A stretch of DNA of 64,000 nt from a virus (taxonomy: Duplodnaviria; Caudoviricetes). The DNA is taken from positions 26,845 to 90,844 of IMG/VR virus record IMGVR_UViG_3300025608_000015, one strand, 5' to 3'. Under the pieces are notes generated by a model. The model was not told the origin of the DNA, did no database searches, and was given only the letters and a program-made list of their open reading frames with translations. Of this stretch, positions 48,408-56,440 are shown one piece after another; the first letter of the stretch is position 1; every line of letters starts with the position of its first letter. The position numbers and the translations under genes were made by a program.

Positions 48408-48889
48408 AGTTATTACACTATCCAAATGAATTTCTAAACAAAAAACTAGACGATGTTGATTTAGAAAATCCTGGGTTTGATCCTAAAGAACTTAAACAAC
48501 AAATGGTAGAGCTAATGCTCGAATCTAAAGGTATTGGACTTAGTGCTAGTCAAGTAGGGTTAAACTATCAGTTGTTTGTTATGGGGGACAGCAAAGAAAA
48601 TTCTACTATCTGCATTAATCCACAAGTACTACAGCACACAGAAGCAACAACTGTAGACGTAGAAGGTTGTTTAAGTTTCCCTGGAATGTTTGTTCCTGTA
48701 AAGCGTCCAGAAGAAATTCTTGTAGAATACTATGATGAGAATCTAGAAAAAGTAACAACTAAGATTACAGGATACTCAGTAAAGTGTTTCTTACACGAGT
48801 GGGATCATCTACAAGGTATCACATTTAAAGATCGTGTAAGCAAGCTAAAGTGGGACAGAGCTAAGAAGAAGCAAAAGAAACATGCCTGA
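48404..48889 (+). CDS. def: Peptide deformylase
   Basis: GIGLSASQVG, EGCLSFPG, HEWDHLQG. Confidence 0.92.
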   Translation: MKLLHYPNEFLNKKLDDVDLENPGFDPKELKQQMVELMLESKGIGLSASQVGLNYQLFVMGDSKENSTICINPQVLQHTEATTVDVEGCLSFPGMFVPVKRPEEILVEYYDENLEKVTTKITGYSVKCFLHEWDHLQGITFKDRVSKLKWDRAKKKQKKHA

Positions 48890-49439
48890 TATTGACATAG
48901 ACTTTCCTAATAGAGATATTATATTAGATAAGATACAACACCGTGTTGCTAAACTTGACACTGGCAAGAAGCACAACACTGGAGTATATGTCACAGAAAT
49001 CCCACACAACCCTGTAGACTTGTTAAGCACATTAGATTACAAAACAGCAGAGGACAGAGGATATTTTAAATTAGACTTCCTTAACGTAAGCATATATAAA
49101 GATATAAGGGATGAAGAACATCTCTTAGAACTAATGAACAAGGAGCCATTATGGGAGCTTCTAGAACATCAGGAATTCGTAGATCAAGTCTTTCATCTTT
49201 CCGGGCACTCAAGTCTTTTGAAGAAGCTGAAGCCAACAACCGTAGAACAACTCGCCGCAACACTAGCAATAATCCGTCCTGCAAAAAGACATCTCGCAGA
49301 CGAGACGTGGGCGATTATACTAAAGGAAGTTTGGACTAAGCCAACTGACGGAGAGTATTATTTTAAGAAAGCACATGCTGTAAGTTATGCAATGGCATGC
49401 GTAGTCCATATGAATTTATTATGTGAGCAAATTAAATGA
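48882..49439 (+). CDS. dnaE: Minimal DNA polymerase III alpha (DnaE, family C) catalytic core
   Basis: MPDIDIDF, KHNTGVYV, GYFKLDFLNV, LAIIRP, YYFKKAHAVSYA. Only 185 aa. Confidence 0.8.
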   Translation: MPDIDIDFPNRDIILDKIQHRVAKLDTGKKHNTGVYVTEIPHNPVDLLSTLDYKTAEDRGYFKLDFLNVSIYKDIRDEEHLLELMNKEPLWELLEHQEFVDQVFHLSGHSSLLKKLKPTTVEQLAATLAIIRPAKRHLADETWAIILKEVWTKPTDGEYYFKKAHAVSYAMACVVHMNLLCEQIK

Positions 49440-50164
49440 TCTGTGTAACTAGTTTTCATAAAGATCATTGGGACATATACGCTAATAGATTTATAAAAGC
49501 ATGGACACAATATTGGCCAGACTCATCAAAATTATATCTATATCATCAAGAGTGCAAAGTTGATCATGATAGAATTATTAATATAGACTTAGATACCCAA
49601 ATTAATTTTGCATCGTTTAAAACTCGTACACAAGAATTAATCAATCAAGAAACAAATAAAAAAACAATAAACAAATATCTAAAAGGACTTCGATGGAGTC
49701 ACAAAGTATACAGTATTTGTAATTTGTTAGATAACACAGACGAGCCTATTATTTGGTTAGATGCAGATACTGTTACCACTAAACAAATACCGCAAGGGTA
49801 TGATCGATTATTATTGCAAGGTTACGATTTAGCAGTTCATGTTGAAACACAAAACAAAATGATACATTGGGAATCAGGATTATTTGTTATTGCAGGCACA
49901 CCTGAACAACGACAGTTATTAAAAAATAATATGTTAGATATTTACGATAATCATCGTATTTGGGCTAAACCTAAATCATGGGACGGACATTTGTGGCCAG
50001 AATGTGCAACACATATGAAGTGTAATGATTTGAATAAAGATATTAAAACTACACGTAAAGGTTATTTCCAAAATAAAAACGTAAAACCTTATATGGTACA
50101 CATTGCAGGAGATAAAAAATTTACTGGAAATATTAATAAAAGAAGCGGACGGATTAGTTCTTAG
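49436..50164 (+). CDS. GT-A-type (DxD) glycosyltransferase-like protein
   Basis: GLRWSHKVYS, IIWLDADT, ESGLFV, WDGHLW. Paralogue of 40901. Confidence 0.62.
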   Translation: MICVTSFHKDHWDIYANRFIKAWTQYWPDSSKLYLYHQECKVDHDRIINIDLDTQINFASFKTRTQELINQETNKKTINKYLKGLRWSHKVYSICNLLDNTDEPIIWLDADTVTTKQIPQGYDRLLLQGYDLAVHVETQNKMIHWESGLFVIAGTPEQRQLLKNNMLDIYDNHRIWAKPKSWDGHLWPECATHMKCNDLNKDIKTTRKGYFQNKNVKPYMVHIAGDKKFTGNINKRSGRISS

Positions 50165-50525
50165 GTTTCTTAATTAATTGTACTGACTTTCTTTTTACTC
50201 TTTTAATAGTCATATTGTTTAAACTTACTGTAGGCCCTATTGTAACATTTACGTCTTTAGAATTCATAGTCATCATAGAATAACTTAATACTTGTATTTC
50301 TTCACGTAAAAAGATATTAATAGGTATTAATCGATTAGATTCCCACCACCATATTTCTCCAAGTTCTAAAAGCAGTTTCTTTTCTTCTTGTGATTTTAGT
50401 GTAGAATAGTTGTACATGCAAGTAACGTATTGATCCTGATTGGCGATGATGCCCACATACTCGTTACCACCGTATGTCACAACACTTATAAATGGAAAAT
50501 TTTCTTTTATATTTTTTGTCAGCAT
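50154..50525 (-). CDS. Hypothetical protein
   Basis: 123-aa ORF filling the gap between two plus-strand genes, with plausible globular composition. Confidence 0.6.
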   Translation of the reverse strand: MLTKNIKENFPFISVVTYGGNEYVGIIANQDQYVTCMYNYSTLKSQEEKKLLLELGEIWWWESNRLIPINIFLREEIQVLSYSMMTMNSKDVNVTIGPTVSLNNMTIKRVKRKSVQLIKKPKN

Positions 50526-50542
50526 GTCCGATAAATATGTTT

Positions 50543-51319
50543 ATGCAATTAACACCTAGATATTTAGTCAAAAATAAAACCAACATCATTGCTAATGAAG
50601 CAGGATTCATAACGGAGTATAGATCAGTGTACACAAGACAAATTAAAATTTTTAAAGGAATAGATAATGTATTAGAATTTAGAGTTCTTAATGCAGATCA
50701 AAAACCTGTAGACATACAATCGTATACTCCGATCATTATGTTATTTGACGAGAATCAAAATCTAGTTATACAACACGATTGCACAGTATTAGATATAGGT
50801 ACTACCGAAACAAAAGGAAAGTGTAAAGTTACTATTTCCGAAAATGACTTATTAAATTTAAAACAACAATATCTAAGTTATTCTATCCATTTAAATAGTA
50901 GCACTGGCAATGTATTAACATACAGCGATAGTTACTTCGAAAACAAAGGTACAATATATTTAGACGGACAAAGTTTGCCTGCTCCAAAGTCGGCACATTC
51001 TATAACATCATTTAGCGAAGAAGTTACAGGTACATGGGTAAGCGAGTATGTAGAAGCACAACCTGCTCTTAATGGTAATGAAGCACTACATACTGCTTTA
51101 GTATATGGCGCAGACTTTGCTGGAGATATTACAATACAAGGAACACTAGAAAATCAAATCGATCCTGGTATTACAAAATGGTTTGATATAGAAACTGAAA
51201 CAATGACCGCAGACGAGACACATAAAATGTTTAACTTTAATGGTGTGTTTAGTTATGTTCGTGTTGCAGTTGATGCTGATCCTGCTAATAAAATTTCCAA
51301 AGTTTTAATTAGAAACTGA
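50543..51319 (+). CDS. Putative baseplate / BppU-N-like structural protein (start moved to ATG 50543)
   Basis: IFKGIDNVLEFRVLNADQKPVDI. TAAATA 5 nt upstream of the ATG. Confidence 0.5.
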   Translation: MQLTPRYLVKNKTNIIANEAGFITEYRSVYTRQIKIFKGIDNVLEFRVLNADQKPVDIQSYTPIIMLFDENQNLVIQHDCTVLDIGTTETKGKCKVTISENDLLNLKQQYLSYSIHLNSSTGNVLTYSDSYFENKGTIYLDGQSLPAPKSAHSITSFSEEVTGTWVSEYVEAQPALNGNEALHTALVYGADFAGDITIQGTLENQIDPGITKWFDIETETMTADETHKMFNFNGVFSYVRVAVDADPANKISKVLIRN

Positions 51320-51348
51320 TTGACATAGTCAACACTTGATACTATACT
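51320..51348 (+). promoter_or_regulatory. sigma70 promoter, leaderless (primase)
   Basis: TTGACA, 17 nt, TATACT. Predicted +1 is ATG 51355. Confidence 0.8.
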
Positions 51349-51354
51349 AATAAC

Positions 51355-52344
51355 ATGAGTGTAGTAGCCGATACAGTTCTGACATACTTGCCGCCTAAGA
51401 GGAAACAGACTCCTAGTGGCTGGCTATCATTCAACGCCCCTTGCTGTCATCACAACGGTACTAGTGCAGATACTAGACTGCGTGGTGGATTGATTACTAA
51501 TCCAGACGGGGGCGTATCTTTTCACTGCTTTAACTGCGGCTTCAAGGCAAGTTGGCAGCCTGGTAGAAATCTTTCGCACAAGTTACGGAAACTCCTACAA
51601 TGGATGGGAGCGCCTGACGACATAGTCAATAAGGTGGCGTTAGAAGTGATGAGAGAGAATGAGGGTGTAGAATCAAAAACACAACTAGTACAGTTGCCCA
51701 CATTCAATACCGTGCCCTTGCCTGAAGACGCAGTGCCTATCTCTAGCATAGAAAGCGCAGATCAAGTCTCGCAGACTATGATTGATGTAATCGAATATAT
51801 GCACAGCCGTGGATTATATTTAGATGACTACAACTTTCATTGGGCTCCTAGTCTTGGTTATAGAGATAGACTTGTCATACCTTTCTACTATGAAGGCAAG
51901 GTAGTAGGATGGACTGCTCGAAAAGTTAGAGATGGCAAGCCCAAGTATCTATCAGAACAACAGCCTGGTTATGTGTTTAACTTAGACAATCAAACACCTA
52001 ACAAGATATTTTGTATTGTATGCGAAGGACCTATTGATGCTATTCACATAGAAGGTGTGGCACTGCTAGGTAGTGAATTAAAGGATCAACAAGCTCTACT
52101 TATTAACAGACTAGGCAAGCAAGTGATAGTAATACCTGATAGAGATAGTGCAGGTAAAAAACTTGTAGAGCAAGCAATCGAGCAAGGATGGAGTGTAAGT
52201 ATGCCTGAATGGAGTATGGATATCAATGACGTAGGTGATGCTGTGGATCGTTACGGAAGGCTATATACATTACACAGTATTGTAACAGCGGCGGAAGAGT
52301 CGCCACTTAAAATTAGACTGAGAGCAAAGAAATGGTTTGGTTAA
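51355..52344 (+). CDS. gp61: DNA primase (Zn ribbon plus TOPRIM, gp61/DnaG-like)
   Basis: APCCH...FHCFNCG, RLVIPFY, KYLS, CEGPIDA, IPDRDSAG, DINDV. Confidence 0.88.
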   Translation: MSVVADTVLTYLPPKRKQTPSGWLSFNAPCCHHNGTSADTRLRGGLITNPDGGVSFHCFNCGFKASWQPGRNLSHKLRKLLQWMGAPDDIVNKVALEVMRENEGVESKTQLVQLPTFNTVPLPEDAVPISSIESADQVSQTMIDVIEYMHSRGLYLDDYNFHWAPSLGYRDRLVIPFYYEGKVVGWTARKVRDGKPKYLSEQQPGYVFNLDNQTPNKIFCIVCEGPIDAIHIEGVALLGSELKDQQALLINRLGKQVIVIPDRDSAGKKLVEQAIEQGWSVSMPEWSMDINDVGDAVDRYGRLYTLHSIVTAAEESPLKIRLRAKKWFG

Positions 52345-52454
52345 AGAAAATAAAAGAGATTGTTTTACTTCCGTATACAAAATGGAAAGAACATAGAGCA
52401 CTTAAGAAAAGATTAGACGAACTTAAAAAACGGGATCCTTTTATCTACAAATGA
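52332..52454 (+). CDS. 40-aa basic microprotein (absent from the ORF track)
   Basis: MVWLKKIKEIVLLPYTKWKEHRALKKRLDELKKRDPFIYK. Overlaps the primase end and is coupled to the next gene by ATGA. Confidence 0.6.
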   Translation: MVWLKKIKEIVLLPYTKWKEHRALKKRLDELKKRDPFIYK

Positions 52455-53416
52455 TTACTTGGGGTTGCGTAGGAAACAGTCACGATGCTAGCCTGGCTGT
52501 ATTCAGTTACGATGATTTAGTATGGGCTGGCTTGGCTAAAGACTTTAGTGGCATACCCAACGACCCGCATCTAAACAAAGAGCTGTTAGATTATGCTATA
52601 GAACATTGGGGCTATCCTAGTTATATTGTATGGTATGAACGCCCTTTTCTAAAAAGCATGCGGCAGTTATGGGCTGGACAAGGTTGGCTGTTCAAAGAAA
52701 ACAACATTGAGCAGTATTTCAAAGATAGAGGTATTCCAAATCCTAATATCATGTATACCCAGCACCATTATAGTCATGCAGCCTATGCTTACTACACACA
52801 GCCGCATGATGATTGTGCTGTGATATGTTTGGACAGTATAGGCGAGTTCGAAACCCTGACTATATGGCGCGGTAAGAATAACAAGCTCAAAAAAATTTAC
52901 AGCCAAGGATACCCACACAGTCCGGGACTATTCTATTCTGCAATGACACAACGACTAGGGCTAGTGCCACAGCGTGACGAGTACATGGTAGCAGGCATGG
53001 GCGAAGGATATGACCCAGAGCATTTTAGAAATCTACTTATGACAGATATAATTAAAAAAATGCCTACCTATGGAGACCCTAGATGGTTGTTTAGAGAAAA
53101 CCTACACAGAGGTTGTAATTGGTTAAGACCAGAGATACAAACAGATCTTGCATTAGGTAAACTAGCCGCGGCAACACAAAGTGTATTTGAAGATGCTGTA
53201 CAAGGATTAAGCCTATGGGCTAAAATGTACACAGGCTCAAAGAATCTAGCACTAGCAGGCGGTGGCGCTCTTAATCGCAGAGCTGTAGAGTTAGTACGTC
53301 CTTATTGGAACGAAGTACATGTACCTAAGAATCCAGGTGACCCAGGATCATGTATAGGCGCAGTACTAGCAAAATCAAAACAAAGAACAAACATTGACAA
53401 AGTATGGTACAAATAG
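52451..53416 (+). CDS. Carbamoyltransferase (NodU/CmcH family), N-terminal domain only
   Basis: NSHDASLA, HHYSHAAYAY, LDSIGE, SPGLFYSAMT..LG, AGGGALN, PGDPGSCIGA. Confidence 0.8.
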   Translation: MITWGCVGNSHDASLAVFSYDDLVWAGLAKDFSGIPNDPHLNKELLDYAIEHWGYPSYIVWYERPFLKSMRQLWAGQGWLFKENNIEQYFKDRGIPNPNIMYTQHHYSHAAYAYYTQPHDDCAVICLDSIGEFETLTIWRGKNNKLKKIYSQGYPHSPGLFYSAMTQRLGLVPQRDEYMVAGMGEGYDPEHFRNLLMTDIIKKMPTYGDPRWLFRENLHRGCNWLRPEIQTDLALGKLAAATQSVFEDAVQGLSLWAKMYTGSKNLALAGGGALNRRAVELVRPYWNEVHVPKNPGDPGSCIGAVLAKSKQRTNIDKVWYK

Positions 53417-53422
53417 TATAAT
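53394..53422 (+). promoter_or_regulatory. Consensus sigma70 promoter, leaderless (helicase)
   Basis: TTGACA, 17 nt, TATAAT. Predicted +1 is ATG 53429. Confidence 0.85.
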
Positions 53423-53428
53423 AGCAAT

Positions 53429-54859
53429 ATGACAACAAGACAGAACACAGACTACGGTTACGACATACAAAAAGTATATCTTGAAATGTTTCTTACAGAT
53501 GCAGAAAGTTTTGTAAGATGTCAAGGTGTATTTGAACCTATAGCATTTGACAGACGTTTGCAAGATGCTGCAGAGTTTTTAAAAACATATGTAGCAGAAC
53601 ACAACGCCCTGCCTACATTTGACATGATCAATGCAGCAACTAAAAGCGATTTAAAAGATCCAGGACAACTAGCAGAGAATCACTATGACTGGTTGTTGCA
53701 GGACTTTGAAACGTTCTCTAAACACAAGGCATTGGAAACTGCTATTCTTAAGAGTGCCGACTTATTAGAAAAAGGTGAGTACGGTAAGTGCGAAGAACTA
53801 GTTAAAGAAGCAGTACAGATTGGATTACAAAAAGACCTAGGTACAGATTACTTTGCTGATCCTAAGGCTCGACTAGAAGCAATCAAAGACAAGAACGGAC
53901 AGGTAAGCACAGGCTGGCCTGCACTGGACAAGAAACTATTTGGTGGATTTAACAGAGGCGAGCTTAACATCTTTGCAGGCGGGTCAGGGTCAGGTAAGAG
54001 TTTGTTCTTGGCTAACATGGGTGTAAACTGGTGTGAAGCAGGACTTAATGTATTATACTTAACGTTTGAGCTTTCAGAAAACTTGGTTAGTATGCGACTT
54101 GATTCAATGACCACAGGCATACCTAGTCGTGATGTGTTTAAAAGTATCGACGATGTTGAAATGAAAGTTAAGATGATTGGTAAGAAGTCAGGTGCGTTCC
54201 AGGTTAAGTACATGCCTACAGGTAAGAACGCAAACGACATTCGAGCTTATCTAAAAGAGTATGAGATTAAAACAGGACGCAAAGTAGATGTATTGTTGAT
54301 TGACTACTTGGATCTAATGCATCCTATTGCGGCTAAGATAAGTGCAGAGAACTTGTTCGTCAAGGACAAGTATGTATCGGAAGAGTTGCGTAACTTGGCC
54401 ATGGAACTTAACTGTATCTTTGTTACAGCGTCGCAGTTGAACAGAAGCAGCGTAGAAGAAATTGAATTTGATCACTCGCACATCTCGGGCGGTATATCTA
54501 AGATTAACACAGCAGACAACTTGATTGGTATCTTTACAAGTAGAGCAATGCGTGAGCGTGGACGCTATCAAATCCAGTTAATGAAAACTAGATCTAGTTC
54601 AGGTGTAGGACAAAAGATTGATCTAGAGTTTGATGTAGATAGTTTGCGTATTAGAGATTTAGGTGAAGACGCAGATGATGTACCTACAGCAAATACAAGC
54701 ACCGGTTCTAGTGCTATCGCTAATGTTCTTAAACGTACATCCACTACTGGCTCTACAGAAGTTAAAGAAGATCCTTCAGAAGGGTCGGGTGTAGGGAAAA
54801 TACGAGCAGAAACGGACTCTACTAAACTTAAACAATTTCTTAATAATCTAGACGATTAA
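53429..54859 (+). CDS. gp41: Replicative DnaB-like helicase (gp41)
   Basis: STGWPALDKKLFGG, AGGSGSGKS, YLTFELSE, LLIDYLDLM, VTASQLNR, QLMKTR. Confidence 0.92.
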   Translation: MTTRQNTDYGYDIQKVYLEMFLTDAESFVRCQGVFEPIAFDRRLQDAAEFLKTYVAEHNALPTFDMINAATKSDLKDPGQLAENHYDWLLQDFETFSKHKALETAILKSADLLEKGEYGKCEELVKEAVQIGLQKDLGTDYFADPKARLEAIKDKNGQVSTGWPALDKKLFGGFNRGELNIFAGGSGSGKSLFLANMGVNWCEAGLNVLYLTFELSENLVSMRLDSMTTGIPSRDVFKSIDDVEMKVKMIGKKSGAFQVKYMPTGKNANDIRAYLKEYEIKTGRKVDVLLIDYLDLMHPIAAKISAENLFVKDKYVSEELRNLAMELNCIFVTASQLNRSSVEEIEFDHSHISGGISKINTADNLIGIFTSRAMRERGRYQIQLMKTRSSSGVGQKIDLEFDVDSLRIRDLGEDADDVPTANTSTGSSAIANVLKRTSTTGSTEVKEDPSEGSGVGKIRAETDSTKLKQFLNNLDD

Positions 54860-54895
54860 ACTAATCTTAGTTAAAAGCTCTTTGATTTTATTAGC

Positions 54896-54902
54896 ATAAA
54901 TA
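54896..54902 (+). promoter_or_regulatory. Late-promoter box for the fibre array (ATAAATA)
   Basis: Followed by SD GGAG and ATG 54927. Confidence 0.6.
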
Positions 54903-54926
54903 TAAGAAACGTTTTTGGAGATTTAA

Positions 54927-56432
54927 ATGGCAGTAGGTCGTTTAGGTGCTTGGGAAATATTTCCAAGCATTGTACAATCAGTATATAAATGCACCACTGA
55001 TGATGCAACTGTAATAAACATCAGTATATGTAATAGAGGCGAATATCCTTCATATGTAAGGGTTGCTATCACGGCTGCAGAAAACACTGCTACTTTAGAT
55101 GAATACATTGAATATGATGTTAGACTAGAACCTAAAGGAGTTTTAGAGCGTTCAGGTCTTGTTCTTCCTGCAAATCATTATGTTACTGTAAGAGCCACTG
55201 GTGAAAAAACCAGTGTAGTCCTATGGGGATACGAACTCGGAGACGAAACTGGAGATCCGCAACCTTTACAAAATAATGGTGCTGCTCCTGTATGGACCAC
55301 TGCTGCAGACTTAGGCGAAATCTACGAAGGTTTCGAAATGACACCTATTCAGCTAGAGGCTACAGATCCAGACGGTGCTGATGTAGCCTACGAATATAAA
55401 AGTGGAACACTGCCTACTGGAATGACTGTTGCAGAGTCGGGCAGAATATCTGGATTTATTCAAGAAGGCGATGCCTATAATCAAAATGGTGTTCCTTATA
55501 CATTTACTATAGATGCTAAAGATTCTAGACTTGCTACTCCTAGAGTGTTTAGCATACTTCGTAGTTGGGCTCCGGGATCTGTCCCAGATTCTCCTCTTGC
55601 AACTGATGCTAATATTAGTACAGCTATCAATACTTCGAATCAAACATCTGGAAGCATCTATATTTTAGACTCTGTAGGCGATACTGTAGAAACTAAATTG
55701 TTTACTACAAATGCTAGTACAGGCATAGGTCCAAATGCAGACTATACTGGATCATCTAACACAGGTTGGGTGTTATTAGGTAGTGTGAGTAGTAGCACTG
55801 ATCATAGAGCTGTAGCTGGGAGTGGTTCGTGGTTGGGCAGTTGGACTGATACAAACGAATTTGGTACTTTCCAAGATCTAGTTAACGACACCGGATATAA
55901 AAATGCCTTATATCATAATTGGAACTACAAAGATATTTTGATTATGCAGTGTTTTGCAGAAACTGTTGAAGACCCTGATGATTTATTTTCTATTTCCACA
56001 GAAGTTGCATATACAAATACTGAATGGCTTAATGATCGAGGAAACGATCTAAGAAGTTTCTTTAGAGGATTAAACGGACCTGACCTACGTGTAAATGGAG
56101 ATGCAGGACGAGTACAAATACCAGTCGAGTTTTTAAAAGGATCTGCTACAACATCTAGAGCAAGATACAGACCAAGTGCATTCGGCGAGTTGTCAGAAAC
56201 CAATGAATTAGATTTTGGTATTAGGAATAATGAAAACTATAGATACTCTATGGTTAACGCATTAGGTTGTAGAACAACTGGACTTAACACAGAACACTTT
56301 TCGTGGATTGCTGATGTAACAACTAACTACAGCAATCTTAACTATTCAGAACCAAACTATGACGGAAACTGGGGAATAAATGCTCCAAACGGATCTACCA
56401 GAATGTCATGGTTTATATTCGGAACTAACTAG
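54927..56432 (+). CDS. Modular fibre/adhesin 1: shared N-domain, Ig-like, lectin/fibrinogen-like C-domain
   Basis: MAVGRLG...NISICNRG, YEYKSGTLPTG. Paralogous N-terminus to 56441 and 58916. Confidence 0.6.
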   Translation: MAVGRLGAWEIFPSIVQSVYKCTTDDATVINISICNRGEYPSYVRVAITAAENTATLDEYIEYDVRLEPKGVLERSGLVLPANHYVTVRATGEKTSVVLWGYELGDETGDPQPLQNNGAAPVWTTAADLGEIYEGFEMTPIQLEATDPDGADVAYEYKSGTLPTGMTVAESGRISGFIQEGDAYNQNGVPYTFTIDAKDSRLATPRVFSILRSWAPGSVPDSPLATDANISTAINTSNQTSGSIYILDSVGDTVETKLFTTNASTGIGPNADYTGSSNTGWVLLGSVSSSTDHRAVAGSGSWLGSWTDTNEFGTFQDLVNDTGYKNALYHNWNYKDILIMQCFAETVEDPDDLFSISTEVAYTNTEWLNDRGNDLRSFFRGLNGPDLRVNGDAGRVQIPVEFLKGSATTSRARYRPSAFGELSETNELDFGIRNNENYRYSMVNALGCRTTGLNTEHFSWIADVTTNYSNLNYSEPNYDGNWGINAPNGSTRMSWFIFGTN

Positions 56433-56440
56433 GGAAACAT

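Noticed and set aside
27633-54859. Inteins or introns in terminase, UvsX, UvsW, primase or helicase
   Set aside because: Lengths and motif spacing are ordinary and the frames are uninterrupted.
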